This document shows positions 40,307 through 51,605 of a stretch of DNA of 64,000 nt, in pieces. The DNA is taken from positions 7,984 through 71,983 of the forward strand of contig CALXAA010000007.1 in the NCBI GenBank assembly GCA_944386165.1, given 5' to 3'. This DNA is from an uncultured Clostridia bacterium. Its GTDB lineage: Bacteria > Bacillota > Clostridia > TANB77 > CAG-508. The notes under the pieces were generated by a model. The model saw nothing but the letters and a program-made list of their open reading frames with translations, was not told where the DNA came from and searched no databases. Position numbers and translations under genes: made by a program. Positions within the stretch are counted from its first letter, which is position 1, and each line of letters begins with the position of its first letter.

Positions 40307-40962
40307 TATTTGTCTCCTCCTTCCACTTTTTTAGTTGGAAGAACTTCACCTTTATAAATCCATACTTTAACACCGATTTTTCCATATGTTGTATCAGCTT
40401 CTGCAAATCCATAATCTATATCAGCTCTTAAAGTTTGTAGAGGAACTGTTCCCTCTTTGTAAAATTCAGTTCTTGCCATATCAGCTCCACCTAATCTTCC
40501 TGATACTGATGTTTTGATTCCTAGAGCTCCTGCTTTCATTGCTTTTTGCATACATTGTTTCATGGCTTTTCTGAATGAAATTCTTCTTTCTAGTTGACCA
40601 GCTATATCTTCTGCAACTAATTGTGCATCTGTAGCTAGTGCTTTAACCTCAATTATATTGATATTTACATCTTTTCCAATTAATTTTGTTACATCTGCTT
40701 TTAAGCTTTCTGCTCCAGCTCCACCTTTTCCAATTATAATTCCAGGTTTTGCTGCATAAATATTTATTTTAACTAATTTTGCTGTTCTTTCAATTTCGAT
40801 TTTTGAAATTCCAGCTGTATATAATTTTTTCTTTAAAAATTTACGAATTTTTTGATCTTCAACTAAGTAATCTGCAAAGTTTTTAGAATCTGCATACCAT
40901 TTAGCATTCCAATCTTTGATTATCCCAACTCTCACACCTGTTGGATGTACTTTTTGTCCCAT
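40306..40962 (-). CDS. rpsC: 30S ribosomal protein S3
   Basis: [27 protein letters not shown]. Confidence 0.97.
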   Translation of the reverse strand: MGQKVHPTGVRVGIIKDWNAKWYADSKNFADYLVEDQKIRKFLKKKLYTAGISKIEIERTAKLVKINIYAAKPGIIIGKGGAGAESLKADVTKLIGKDVNINIIEVKALATDAQLVAEDIAGQLERRISFRKAMKQCMQKAMKAGALGIKTSVSGRLGGADMARTEFYKEGTVPLQTLRADIDYGFAEADTTYGKIGVKVWIYKGEVLPTKKVEGGDK

Positions 40963-40981
40963 TTTATAGACTCCTCCTTTC

Positions 40982-41335
40982 CTATTCTGCTTCTCTAACT
41001 ACAATAGTTATATGACTTGTTCTTTTTCTAATTCTTACTGCTGAACCTTTTGCAGCTGGTCTAATTCTCTTTAATGTTGGACCTTGGTTTGCAAATATTT
41101 CAGCAACATATAATTTTTCATGACTCATTCCATGATTATTTTCAGCATTTGCAATAGCTGATTTTAATAATTTTTCAATTATTTCTGATGATGCTTTTGG
41201 TGTAAATTTTACAATTGCTAAAGCTTCATCAACATTTTTTCCTCTAATTAAATCTGCAACAATTTTAACTTTTCTAGCTGAAATTCTTGCATATTTTAAA
41301 GTTGCTTTAGCTTCTAATACTGCTGTTTCTTCCAC
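40982..41335 (-). CDS. rplV: 50S ribosomal protein L22 (GTG start)
   Basis: [22 protein letters not shown]. Confidence 0.97.
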   Translation of the reverse strand: MEETAVLEAKATLKYARISARKVKIVADLIRGKNVDEALAIVKFTPKASSEIIEKLLKSAIANAENNHGMSHEKLYVAEIFANQGPTLKRIRPAAKGSAVRIRKRTSHITIVVREAE

Positions 41336-41355
41336 TACAATTCCCTCCTTATTTA

Positions 41356-41637
41356 CTATTTATTTGTTGTAGTTGTTTTTTCTCCTGCATGACCTTTGAA
41401 TGTTCTTGTAGGAGCAAACTCACCTAATTTATGACCTATCATTTCTTCTGTTATATAAACTGGTACATGTTTTCTACCATCATGAACAGCTATTGTGTGT
41501 CCAACCATTTGTGGATATATTGTTGAAGCTCTTGACCATGTCTTGATTACTTCTTTATTTCCACTTTCATTCATAGCTTCAACTCTTTTAATAAGTTCAG
41601 GTGCTACAAATGGTTTTTTCTTACTTGATCTTGACAT
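41356..41637 (-). CDS. rpsS: 30S ribosomal protein S19
   Basis: [17 protein letters not shown]. Confidence 0.97.
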   Translation of the reverse strand: MSRSSKKKPFVAPELIKRVEAMNESGNKEVIKTWSRASTIYPQMVGHTIAVHDGRKHVPVYITEEMIGHKLGEFAPTRTFKGHAGEKTTTTNK

Positions 41638-41654
41638 ATGATTTTCCTCCTATT

Positions 41655-42482
41655 CTATTTTCTTCTCTTTACAATAAATTTATTTGTTCTGCTCTTTTTA
41701 TTTCTTGTCTTATATCCTAATGCTGGTTTACCCCAAGGTGTCATTGGTCCTGAATGTCCAACTGGAGCTCTACCTTCACCACCACCATGTGGGTGATCTA
41801 CTGGGTTCATTACAGAACCTCTAACTGTTGGTCTTACTCCTAAATGTCTTGTTTTTCCAGCTTTACCTAATTTAACGTTTTCATGGTCACTGTTTCCAAC
41901 AACTCCTATTGTTGCTCTACATTTTGCTAAAACTAATCTCATTTCTCCAGAAGGTAATCTTACATGTGCATATTTTCCTTCTTTTGCCATTAATTGAGCA
42001 CTTTGTCCTGCAACTCTTACTAATTTTGCACCTTGTCCTGGGTTTAATTCAATATTATGAATTAATGTACCAACAGGAATATTAGCTATTGGTAAACAAT
42101 TTCCAGCTTTAATATCAACATTTTCTCCAGATACTACTTTGTCTCCATCTGTTAATCCTTGTGGTGCTATTATATAGTTTAGTGTTCCGTCTTCATATTT
42201 TATTAATGCAATATTACTGCTACGGTTTGGATCATATTCGATTCCAACAACTGTTGCTTCCATATTGTCTTTATTTCTTTTAAAATCTATTATTCTATAT
42301 TTTTGTCTATTTCCTCCACCTTGATGTCTTACTGTTATTCTACCATATGAGTTTCTTCCTGCATTTTTCTTTTTTGTTGTTAATAAAGATTTTTCAGGAG
42401 ATGTTTTTGTTATTTCTTCATATGTTGATACAGCCATATTTCTTCTTGATGGGGTATAGGCTTTGAATCTTTTTGTTCCCAT
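41655..42482 (-). CDS. rplB: 50S ribosomal protein L2
   Basis: [24 protein letters not shown]. Confidence 0.97.
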   Translation of the reverse strand: MGTKRFKAYTPSRRNMAVSTYEEITKTSPEKSLLTTKKKNAGRNSYGRITVRHQGGGNRQKYRIIDFKRNKDNMEATVVGIEYDPNRSSNIALIKYEDGTLNYIIAPQGLTDGDKVVSGENVDIKAGNCLPIANIPVGTLIHNIELNPGQGAKLVRVAGQSAQLMAKEGKYAHVRLPSGEMRLVLAKCRATIGVVGNSDHENVKLGKAGKTRHLGVRPTVRGSVMNPVDHPHGGGEGRAPVGHSGPMTPWGKPALGYKTRNKKSRTNKFIVKRRK

Positions 42483-42582
42483 TATTATCTTCCTTTCTCG
42501 TTTTTACTAAATTACGGATTTTTTCCTGCTCCGTATGCAGATATTCTTTATTATCCGGGTATTTTCCCGATATTTTTTAGTT

Positions 42583-42930
42583 TTAAGCTCCCATAAATTC
42601 ATCAATTGAATCTTTGTATTTTTTAGAAACTTTAACTACTTTTCCACCTTTTCCAAGATATGTTTTTTCTGATGGGTTTGTGTCTATTGTAACAATAGCT
42701 TTTTTCCAATCTGGAGTTTTTCCTTCTACATATCTTACTCTTTTTGTTTTTCCTTTTACTATCATTGTATTAACATTTAATACTTTTACTTCAAAAAGTT
42801 TTTCAACAGCATTAGCTATTTGAACTTTTGTAGCTTTTTTGTTAACTTCGAAAGTGTATTTTCCTAATTGCATTTCATCATTACTTTTTTCTGTTATAAC
42901 TGGTCTTAATATGATTTCTTCTGGCAACAT
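42583..42930 (-). CDS. rplW: 50S ribosomal protein L23 (C-terminally extended)
   Basis: RPVITEKS, VEKLFEVKV, WKKAIV. Confidence 0.95.
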   Translation of the reverse strand: MLPEEIILRPVITEKSNDEMQLGKYTFEVNKKATKVQIANAVEKLFEVKVLNVNTMIVKGKTKRVRYVEGKTPDWKKAIVTIDTNPSEKTYLGKGGKVVKVSKKYKDSIDEFMGA

Positions 42931-43553
42931 TATGCATACACCTCCTCTAATTTTTTAACTGTATCTAGTGGTAAAACTAATTTGTTGCAATTTAATAAAT
43001 CAAATACATTTATTGTGTTTAATTCAATTGTTTTAACACCTTCTATGTTTCTGCTTGAACGTAAAACATTTTCATTTTTATCAGCTAAAATTATTAATGC
43101 TTTTCCTTCTACTTTTAAGTCTGCTAAAGCTTTAGCCATAACTTTTGTTTTAGCATCTTTAACTTCTAATTTGTCAACAACTGTTAATTCATTATCTAAT
43201 ACTTTTGCACTTAGTAATGATTTTATAGCTAGTTGTTTTTCTTTTTTGTTTATTCTATAAGAATATGAACGTGGTTTTGGTCCTAATGCAATACCACCTT
43301 TAATCCATTGTGGTGCACGTATACTTCCTTGTCTAGCTCTACCTGTTCCTTTTTGTCTCCATGGTTTTCTTCCACCACCACGAACTTCTGCTCTTGTTTT
43401 TGTACTTTGTGTACCTTGTCTTTGATTAGCTAAGTAGTTAACTAATGCACTGTGAACAACATTTTCATTTGGTTCTATTCCAAATACAGCTTCATTTAGT
43501 TCTACATCACTAACTTTTTTACCTTGCATGTTATATACATCTACTTTTGGCAT
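42930..43553 (-). CDS. rplD: 50S ribosomal protein L4
   Basis: KPWRQKGTGRARQGS. Confidence 0.97.
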   Translation of the reverse strand: MPKVDVYNMQGKKVSDVELNEAVFGIEPNENVVHSALVNYLANQRQGTQSTKTRAEVRGGGRKPWRQKGTGRARQGSIRAPQWIKGGIALGPKPRSYSYRINKKEKQLAIKSLLSAKVLDNELTVVDKLEVKDAKTKVMAKALADLKVEGKALIILADKNENVLRSSRNIEGVKTIELNTINVFDLLNCNKLVLPLDTVKKLEEVYA

Positions 43554-43576
43554 CTCGTCTTTCCTCCTTTACTAAA

Positions 43577-44209
43577 TTATTGTGCCTTTACGGCTGATTT
43601 TATTTTTAAGATAGCACCTTTAGCTCCTGGTACACTACCTTTTACTAATATTACATTTTTATCTAAATCTACTCTAACAACATCTAAGTTTTGTATTGTT
43701 ACTGTAACATGTCCCATATGTCCTGGTAATTTCTTTCCTTTAAATACTCTACCTGGTGTTGATGTTGGTCCCATTGAACCTGGTCTTCTATGATACATTG
43801 AACCATGTCCCATTGGTCCTCTAGATTGTCCATGTCTTTTTATTACACCTTGGAATCCTTTTCCTTTTGATGTACCTTGAACATCTATTTTATCTCCAGA
43901 AGCAAATACGTCAGCTTTTAATTCGTCACCAACTTTAATTCCTTCTATTGAATCTAATCTAAATTCTCTTAAATGTTTTTTTACTGGAACATTTGCATTC
44001 TTGAAATGTCCTTTTTCTGGTTTATTAATTTTGTTTTCTTTAACATCTCCAAATCCTAATTGTATTGCTTCATATCCATCTTTTTCTAATGTCTTGATTT
44101 GAGCAACTACACAAGGACCTGCTTCAATTACTGTTACTGGAATAACTACACCATTTTCATCAAATATTTGTGTCATTCCAATTTTCTTTCCGATTAATGC
44201 TTTCTTCAT
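43577..44209 (-). CDS. rplC: 50S ribosomal protein L3
   Basis: [20 protein letters not shown]. Confidence 0.97.
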   Translation of the reverse strand: MKKALIGKKIGMTQIFDENGVVIPVTVIEAGPCVVAQIKTLEKDGYEAIQLGFGDVKENKINKPEKGHFKNANVPVKKHLREFRLDSIEGIKVGDELKADVFASGDKIDVQGTSKGKGFQGVIKRHGQSRGPMGHGSMYHRRPGSMGPTSTPGRVFKGKKLPGHMGHVTVTIQNLDVVRVDLDKNVILVKGSVPGAKGAILKIKSAVKAQ

Positions 44210-44294
44210 TTTATTTTCCTCCTACTATTGGCTGACTTTATTGCTTGGCAATTACTTGTCAGCTTGGTTTGATTTTTTTATTAATTATTTGAAA

Positions 44295-44618
44295 CTAATT
44301 TTTGATTTCAATATCAACACCTGCTGGAAGTTCTAGTTTCATTAAACTTTCCATTGTTTTTTGTGTTGGGTAAAGAATATCTATAACTCTTTTATGTGTT
44401 CTCATTTCGAATTGTTCTCTTGAATCTTTGTCTTTGTGTGGAGAACGCAATATTGTTACGATTTCTTTTTCTGTTGGTAGTGGAATAGGACCTGATACTT
44501 TTGCTCCTGTTTTTTTAGCAGTATCTACTATTTTTTCAGCAGACTGTTCTAAAACTACATGGTCATAAGCTTTTAATCTTATTCTAATTTTTTCACTTGA
44601 TACAACTGAATTTGCCAT
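44295..44618 (-). CDS. rpsJ: 30S ribosomal protein S10
   Basis: [28 protein letters not shown]. Confidence 0.97.
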   Translation of the reverse strand: MANSVVSSEKIRIRLKAYDHVVLEQSAEKIVDTAKKTGAKVSGPIPLPTEKEIVTILRSPHKDKDSREQFEMRTHKRVIDILYPTQKTMESLMKLELPAGVDIEIKN

Positions 44619-44829
44619 TGTAATTTTCCCTCCTTAAAATAAATATATTTTTAAATTACGCGCTGGCAAGTTATAACGCACCCTGGTGTTTTGAATACTC
44701 CTTTATAAAAATCCCTGAAATGCATATATATTTTAGGGATAAGTGCTGTTTTTGTATTATTAACAAACACATTGACAGTAAATTATTATTTAATAATAAT
44801 TTATTGTCTGGTTAGTTATAATATTTTAA

Positions 44830-44915
44830 ACTTACCGCCTTAGTCTAGCTAAGACATACTCCGTCAAAGTTCCCTACATCTAAGTGTAGCCACATTTGAC
44901 ATCAACGCTAAAATT
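44830..44915 (-). ncRNA. structured rpsJ leader resembling the S10-Clostridia r-leader
   Basis: GCGTTGATGTCAAA...GCTACAC...GTAGGGAACTTTGACGGAGTATGTC in a ~300-nt 5' leader; family assignment from memory, not searched. Confidence 0.55.
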
Positions 44916-44926
44916 TATGCTTAATT

Positions 44927-44955
44927 ATTATATAGCAATATATTCCAATTGTCAA
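44927..44955 (-). promoter_or_regulatory. sigma-A promoter of the S10 operon
   Basis: TTGACA-17-TATAAT on the minus strand. Confidence 0.75.
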
Positions 44956-44982
44956 TACCTTTTCATATTTTTTTATATATTT

Positions 44983-45489
44983 TTATTTTTCTAAATATGT
45001 ACTAATATCTTGCAATCCTTCAAAATTGTTTTGTCTTAATATTTCATAAGCAATTATACATACTGAATTTGATAAATTTAAAGATCTTAATACAGGTCGC
45101 ATTGGAATTCTAATTGTTTTATCTATATATTTTTTTAATAAATCTTCTGGTAATCCTTTTGTTTCTTTTCCAAAAAGGACAAAAATTTCTTCATCTTTAA
45201 ATTTACTATAATCTACATCAGTATAACAATGCTCTCCTTTTGTTGTTGCAAAAAACATGTTATTTTCTAATGGATTATATTTTTCTAAAAATTTTTCTAT
45301 ACTATCATGTTTTTCTATATCTAATTTATCCCAATAATCTAGTCCTGCTCTTTTTAAATATTTATCATTTAGGCTAAATCCTAATGGATATACTAAATGT
45401 AATTTTGCTCCTGTTATTGCACATGTTCTTGCTATATTTCCAGTATTTTGTGGTATTTCTGGTTCTACCATTACTATATTTAATTTCAT
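44983..45489 (-). CDS. trmL: tRNA (cytidine/uridine(34)-2'-O)-methyltransferase
   Basis: EPEIPQNTGNIARTC, KRAGLDYW, FGKETKGL, RSLNLSN. Confidence 0.93.
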   Translation of the reverse strand: MKLNIVMVEPEIPQNTGNIARTCAITGAKLHLVYPLGFSLNDKYLKRAGLDYWDKLDIEKHDSIEKFLEKYNPLENNMFFATTKGEHCYTDVDYSKFKDEEIFVLFGKETKGLPEDLLKKYIDKTIRIPMRPVLRSLNLSNSVCIIAYEILRQNNFEGLQDISTYLEK

Positions 45490-45536
45490 AGTTGATCTCC
45501 TTACATATTAAAAAAACGCCTTTCAAAGCGTTTCTT

Positions 45537-45737
45537 CTATTGTGCTCTTTTAACTTTTCCGTTTTTTAAACATTTTGCACATACATGAATTCTTTTAATT
45601 TCTCCATTTACATCAGCTTTAACTGTTCTTAAGTTTGGCTTCCATGTACGTGGAGCTCTTTTACTTATATGAGAACGAGTTATGCTTAATTTATTTCCAT
45701 GAATAGCTGTTTTGTTACAAATTTCACATTTTGCCAT
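45537..45737 (-). CDS. rpmB: 50S ribosomal protein L28
   Basis: MAKCEIC...RTWKPNL...VCAKCLK. Confidence 0.93.
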   Translation of the reverse strand: MAKCEICNKTAIHGNKLSITRSHISKRAPRTWKPNLRTVKADVNGEIKRIHVCAKCLKNGKVKRAQ

Positions 45738-45887
45738 AATAAATAGCACCTCCTAATTTTTCTTTTTAATTCGACTATATTAAAGTTTAACATATATTTT
45801 CCAAAAATACAAGTGTTTACAATAAAAAAATTTAAAATATTTGTTAAATTGTATCTTTTCACGTTTTTTGGAGATTACTTTGATTAA

Positions 45888-46208
45888 TTAAATCAAATTT
45901 TTATTACTTAATTCAATAATTTTGTCCATATCATCATCTTCAGCAACTTTGTTTTTCCTAATTGCACCACATTTTTGACATTTAAAAACTATAACATATC
46001 CTTTTTTAGAATTTGTTTCTAGTCCTATTGGTTCTAAAAGACCATGACATTCTTCTAATCTATCTCCAGGATTTATATCTACATGTTTCGAATATAAACA
46101 ATATGGACAATGATTTCTACAAGAATATTTAAGTTTAGGAACTAGCTTACCACAATGTTCACAAACAAATTCTTCATCTATTTTGGTAAATTTACTTGAT
46201 TGTAACAT
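45888..46208 (-). CDS. RNHCP domain-containing protein
   Basis: CEHCG, RNHCPYCLYSKHVD, PGDR. Confidence 0.9.
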   Translation of the reverse strand: MLQSSKFTKIDEEFVCEHCGKLVPKLKYSCRNHCPYCLYSKHVDINPGDRLEECHGLLEPIGLETNSKKGYVIVFKCQKCGAIRKNKVAEDDDMDKIIELSNKNLI

Positions 46209-46209
46209 T

Positions 46210-47853
46210 TTATCCTTTAAAGTCTCCTCCTCCTATAAATTCTCTAAGTAAAGAATTTGATGGTACCATATCTTTTGGAATAGATTCAAAATATTTTAAT
46301 ATTTCTATTAATCTTTGAGCTTCTGCATATTCTGGTTCTTTATTTGTTATTTTTTCTAATAAAGGTATTGCTTCATTCTTTAGTACTGCTAACTCATAAA
46401 TTAATGATGTATTAAATATACTATCCGCTTCTTCTTGAAATGGAAATATATTTTTATTTTCTCCTTTATTTACATTATCCCATGTAGAAATTGTGTTTTG
46501 AGCACTATATCCTCTAAATTGGTTGTCTCTTACAATTCTTCTAATTAATCTTGTATCTGTTGTAGAAATTCTGTTAAATGAATCCATATTTAACACTGTT
46601 AATGCACTTATATATATTTTATATTTTTGTTCTTGTGGTATTTTTTCTGTTAATTTATCATTTAAACAATGAATTCCTTCTATAACTAATACTTCATCTT
46701 CTGCAAGTTTTATTTTATTTCCATTGTATTTTTTTGTTCCTAATTTAAAATCAAATTCTGGCATTTCAACTTCTTTACCTTCTAATAATGCTAATAAGTG
46801 ATTATTAAATAATTCTGTATCTATTGCTTCAATGCTTTCAAAATCATATTCACCTTTTTCATTTTTTGGTGTTTGTTCTCTTTCAACAAAATAGTTATCT
46901 ACAGATATTGTTACAGGTTTTATTCCATTTATTTTAAGTTGTAATCCTAGTCTTTGTGCAAATGTTGTTTTTCCTGATGATGATGGCCCTGCAATTAAAA
47001 TCATTTTTATTCCTTTTCTTTCTGCTATTTTATCAGCTATTTGTGCTATTTTCTTTTCGTGTAATGCTTCTGAAAGTAATATTTGTTCTTTTATTTTCTT
47101 TTCTTTTATTAACTTATTTAATCTATATACAGTTCCTACATTTAATACTTTATATATTGTTTCATATTCGTGTAATGCCCATAATAGTTTTTTTGTTTCT
47201 TTAAATTCTGGTAAATGTTCTACATCTTCTGAGTGTGGATATCTTAATAAAAATCCATCATAATATTTTTTTAATTCAAATATTTGAGTTACTCCAGTAT
47301 GTGTTGCAATTGTTTCATAAAAATAATTAAAGTAATCTTCACAATAATACATATTTATTTCTTTGTTTGTCATAATGTCAAATTGTAGTCTTCCTTTTCC
47401 TGTATTATATTGTGAATAAAATTTTTCAGCATCTTCTCTTGTCATTACTCTTTTTTCTATTTGTAAATCTTTTTTTACTATTTCTTTCATTTCATTTTGA
47501 ACATTTTCTAACATTTCTTCTGTAACTGTCATATTTTCAATATCACAATACATTGCATTTGATAATTGATAATTTACAACAATATGAGCTTCAGGATATA
47601 TTTTCCAAAATGCCATTCCCATTATATAGGTAAGTGTTCTTCTATATATTTTCATTCCCTCCTTTGAGGCTATATTAATAAGTTCTAATTTTCCATCTTC
47701 ATTTAGTCTATCATTTAGATTTTTGTATTCATTATTAAAGATTGCTCCAACTACTGGATAATTACTTTCTTCAATTTGTGTTTTTGCTATTTCTGATATT
47801 TTAGCATTTGTGTTGGTTTTTACTATTATTTTTTTCTTTTGGTTTTCTTCCAT
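46210..47853 (-). CDS. nucleoside (uridine) kinase family protein with ThrRS-like N-terminus
   Basis: AGPSSSGKTT, IEGIHCLN, RLIRRIVRD, IFPFQE. Confidence 0.85.
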   Translation of the reverse strand: MEENQKKKIIVKTNTNAKISEIAKTQIEESNYPVVGAIFNNEYKNLNDRLNEDGKLELINIASKEGMKIYRRTLTYIMGMAFWKIYPEAHIVVNYQLSNAMYCDIENMTVTEEMLENVQNEMKEIVKKDLQIEKRVMTREDAEKFYSQYNTGKGRLQFDIMTNKEINMYYCEDYFNYFYETIATHTGVTQIFELKKYYDGFLLRYPHSEDVEHLPEFKETKKLLWALHEYETIYKVLNVGTVYRLNKLIKEKKIKEQILLSEALHEKKIAQIADKIAERKGIKMILIAGPSSSGKTTFAQRLGLQLKINGIKPVTISVDNYFVEREQTPKNEKGEYDFESIEAIDTELFNNHLLALLEGKEVEMPEFDFKLGTKKYNGNKIKLAEDEVLVIEGIHCLNDKLTEKIPQEQKYKIYISALTVLNMDSFNRISTTDTRLIRRIVRDNQFRGYSAQNTISTWDNVNKGENKNIFPFQEEADSIFNTSLIYELAVLKNEAIPLLEKITNKEPEYAEAQRLIEILKYFESIPKDMVPSNSLLREFIGGGDFKG

Positions 47854-47912
47854 ATTCGTTTCCTTTCTTTATGTATACTTTTTATAAAATACTATAGTAT
47901 TTTATAGAAATT

Positions 47913-50900
47913 TTATATAGATGTCAATATACAGTTTTCTTTTTCTAATATTTCTTCAAATTCTTTAAGAATTTCTTCTGTTAAATATATAGCTCCACAT
48001 GGTCTTAGTTCTTCTCCTACTTTAATTGATAATGCAATATTATTTTTTTCTCCATTAAAGAATCTAATTGCTCCTCTTAATTTTTCTTTTTGTTCATCTG
48101 TACTATTTGTAATGTCTAATACTAATCTTTTTGGTTTAGCTATATTTACTTGATTTTCCTTTTTTGGCACATCTTCAAAACTTTCTCCGAAATTTTTTAT
48201 GTCTTGTGCTACTATTTTTGTTTCATCATCTTCTCTAATACTTAAACGTCCTTTTATAATAATTATATTATCTTCAATTATTTTATCTTGAGCTTTTAAA
48301 TAAGTTGGTTCAAATACTATAATTTCAGCAGATCCATTTAAATCTTCTATTCTTACAAATGCCATAATTTTATTATTTTTAGTATATTTCTTTTTTACAG
48401 ATGTAACTATTCCGGCTATAGTAACCTCTTGCCCATCTATATATTGCACATTTTCATTTACTTTATTATCATTTTCATCTTCTGAATTATTTTGTGCATC
48501 TATTTCTTTCATTTCTTTTGAAGAAATATTAGTACATTTTATAATCTGGTCTTTGATTTTTGCTAAAGGATGTCCAGAAATATATATTCCAAGCATTTCT
48601 TTTTCCATTGCTAATTTTTCTTTTTCACTCATTTCTTCTTTTTCTACAAAATGATATTTTATTTTATTATCTTCTGAATTTCCTAAATCAAACATAGTAA
48701 CTTGACCATTAATACCTTTTTTATTATAACTTTGTACTACATCTGTTATACCTTCAAATGAAGCAAGTAGTGTTGCTCTATTTTCTTTAAATTCATCAAA
48801 TGTTCCAGCTTTAATTAGACTTTCTATACATTTCTTGTTTACAGCTTCTCCTGATATTCTCTCACAAAAATCTGTAAAACTTACAAATTTTCCCGAAGAA
48901 TTTCTTTCTTTAATAATACTATCAATTGATGGTAGTCCAACATTTTTTATACTTCCTAATCCAAAACGAATCTTTCCCATTTTTACTTTTTCTTCAGGAT
49001 TATTGTCAAATTCTACTGTAAATTTTGAACTACTTTTATTTATATCTGGTTTTAAAATTTCTATTCCTAATTTTTTACATTCTTCTATATATTCTGGTAC
49101 TTTATCTAAATTTCCTAAATAACTATTTAACATTGATGCCATAAATTCTGCTGGATAATATGTTTTCAAATAAGCTGTTCTATATGCTACAACTGCATAA
49201 CATGCAGCATGTGATTTATTAAATGCATATTTTGCAAATTCAGCCATTTCATCAAATATTTTATTTGCAGATTCTTTGTCTATTCCATTTCTTACACATC
49301 CTGGTACAATTATATTTCCATTTTCATCAACTTGACCATTTATAAAAACTTCTCTTTCTTTTTCCATAACATCAAGTTTTTTCTTTCCCATGGCTCTACG
49401 TACTAAGTCTGCTCTACCAAGTGAATATCCTGCTAAATCTCTTACAATTTGCATAACTTGTTCTTGATATACCATACATCCATAAGTTACATTTAGTATT
49501 GGCTCTAGACTTGGATGTGTATATTCATTGTGTCCTGGATTTTGTTTTCCTTTTATATATCTTGGAATTTGATCCATTGGTCCTGGTCTATATAATGAAA
49601 CTCCTGCTATTAAATCTTCTAAGCAATCTGGTTTTAGTTCTTGCATAAAGTTTGTCATTCCTTGAGACTCAAATTGGAATATTCCTGATGTTTTTCCTTC
49701 TTGCCATAATTTATATACATTTGGATCTGACATATCTTTATCAAATTCTACATCAATTCCTCTATTTTGTTTTACAAGATCTATTGTATCTTGTATTACT
49801 GTTAATGTTCTTAGTCCTAAAAAGTCCATTTTTAAAAGTCCAAGCTCTTCAAGTGTTGTCATTATATATTGTGTTGAGATTTGTCCATCTCTTACATATA
49901 GTGGTACATATGTGTCTACTGGGTCTTTTGTAATTACTACTCCACATGCATGTGTTGAGGTTTGTCTAGGCATTCCTTCTAATGCCATTGCAATATCAAG
50001 AAGTTTATTTATTTCTTCATTATTTTCATATAAATCTTTTAATTCTTTGTTTTGTTCTAATGCTTTTGAAATTGTTATATGTGGTTCATTTGGAATCATT
50101 TTTGCAAGTTTATCTGCTTCAGCATAAGGATAATCTAAAACTCTGGCTACATCACGTATTACCATTTTTGCTGCCATTGTTCCAAATGTAATAATTTGTG
50201 ATACATGGTCATGTCCATATTTATCTGCTACATAATCTATAACATCTTGTCTACGTTCATCACTAAAATCCACATCAAAATCTGGCATACTAATTCTTTC
50301 AGGGTTAAGAAATCTTTCAAAAAGTAATCCATATTTCATAGGGTCTATATCTGTAATTCCTATTGCATATGCTAAAATTGATCCTGCTCCTGAGCCTCTT
50401 CCTGGTCCTACTGGAATATTGTGACTTTTGGCATAGTGTATAAAGTCCCATACAATAAGATAATAATCTACATATCCCATTTTCTTTATTATGCCAATTT
50501 CGTATTCTGCTCTTTTTAAAATTTCTTCTGAAGGATTTTCTCCATATCTTTGTTTTAATCCATCATCACATAATTTTTTTAGGAAGTCATAATGTGTTGG
50601 ATATTCTTTTGGTACATCATAATTGGGCAATATTGTATGCCCAAATTCAAATTCTACATTACATTTATCTGCAATTTTTACTGTGTTTTCTATTGCATCA
50701 GGAAAAGCAGAAAAATATTCGCTCATTTCTTCTGGAGATTTTATATATAATTCATCTGTTTCAAATTTCATTCTGTCTTCATCACTCATTCTTTTTCCTG
50801 TTTGAATACAAAGCAAAATTTCATGATTATATGCATCTTCTTTTTTTAAATAATGTGCATCATTTGTTGCAACTAATGGAATATTTAATTTTCTTGCAAG

Positions 50901-51473
50901 TTGTATTAATTTTTGGTTTGCTAATACTTGTTCTCTTATTCCATTGTTTTGAATTTCTATATAATAATCTTCTCCAAATACATTTTTATGCCATAAAGCT
51001 ATTTCTTCAGCTTTTTCTATTTGCCCTTCTAGTAATGCTCTATTTACAGCTCCTGCTAAACAACCACTTAAAACTATTAGTCCTTCATGATATTTTTCTA
51101 ATACTTCTAAGTCTATACGTGGTTTGTAGTAATATCCTTCTGTAAATCCTATTGAAACTAATTTACTTAAGTTTTTATATCCTTGATTATTTTTTGCAAG
51201 TAAAATTAAATGATAATATTGTTTGTCAACTCCTGGTTCTTTATCAAATCTTGAACGTGGTGCAACATATACTTCACATCCAATTATTGGCTTTATTCCT
51301 TCTTTTTTGCATGCTTTATAAAAGTCAATAACTCCATACATTACTCCATGGTCTGTTATTGCTATTGCTTTCATTCCTAATTCTTTTGCTCTTACTGGTA
51401 TGTCTTTTATTCTGTTTGCTCCATCTAATAAACTGAATTCACTGTGTATGTGTAAGTGCACAAATTCTGCCAT
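47913..51473 (-). CDS. dnaE: DNA polymerase III alpha subunit
   Basis: PHP HLHIHSEFS, GPGRGSGAGS, PDFDVDF, KMDFLGL, YAFNKSHA. Confidence 0.97.
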   Translation of the reverse strand: MAEFVHLHIHSEFSLLDGANRIKDIPVRAKELGMKAIAITDHGVMYGVIDFYKACKKEGIKPIIGCEVYVAPRSRFDKEPGVDKQYYHLILLAKNNQGYKNLSKLVSIGFTEGYYYKPRIDLEVLEKYHEGLIVLSGCLAGAVNRALLEGQIEKAEEIALWHKNVFGEDYYIEIQNNGIREQVLANQKLIQLARKLNIPLVATNDAHYLKKEDAYNHEILLCIQTGKRMSDEDRMKFETDELYIKSPEEMSEYFSAFPDAIENTVKIADKCNVEFEFGHTILPNYDVPKEYPTHYDFLKKLCDDGLKQRYGENPSEEILKRAEYEIGIIKKMGYVDYYLIVWDFIHYAKSHNIPVGPGRGSGAGSILAYAIGITDIDPMKYGLLFERFLNPERISMPDFDVDFSDERRQDVIDYVADKYGHDHVSQIITFGTMAAKMVIRDVARVLDYPYAEADKLAKMIPNEPHITISKALEQNKELKDLYENNEEINKLLDIAMALEGMPRQTSTHACGVVITKDPVDTYVPLYVRDGQISTQYIMTTLEELGLLKMDFLGLRTLTVIQDTIDLVKQNRGIDVEFDKDMSDPNVYKLWQEGKTSGIFQFESQGMTNFMQELKPDCLEDLIAGVSLYRPGPMDQIPRYIKGKQNPGHNEYTHPSLEPILNVTYGCMVYQEQVMQIVRDLAGYSLGRADLVRRAMGKKKLDVMEKEREVFINGQVDENGNIIVPGCVRNGIDKESANKIFDEMAEFAKYAFNKSHAACYAVVAYRTAYLKTYYPAEFMASMLNSYLGNLDKVPEYIEECKKLGIEILKPDINKSSSKFTVEFDNNPEEKVKMGKIRFGLGSIKNVGLPSIDSIIKERNSSGKFVSFTDFCERISGEAVNKKCIESLIKAGTFDEFKENRATLLASFEGITDVVQSYNKKGINGQVTMFDLGNSEDNKIKYHFVEKEEMSEKEKLAMEKEMLGIYISGHPLAKIKDQIIKCTNISSKEMKEIDAQNNSEDENDNKVNENVQYIDGQEVTIAGIVTSVKKKYTKNNKIMAFVRIEDLNGSAEIIVFEPTYLKAQDKIIEDNIIIIKGRLSIREDDETKIVAQDIKNFGESFEDVPKKENQVNIAKPKRLVLDITNSTDEQKEKLRGAIRFFNGEKNNIALSIKVGEELRPCGAIYLTEEILKEFEEILEKENCILTSI

Positions 51474-51605
51474 ATATGTTTTCACCCTTTCCTATTTGGT
51501 GTTTATGTTAAATTTATTAATTTCATGTGTATTATAACATAAATTTAATAGATTTAACAGAAAAAAGAGAAAGAAAACCAGATTTTGATTCCTTTCTCTT
51601 TTATT

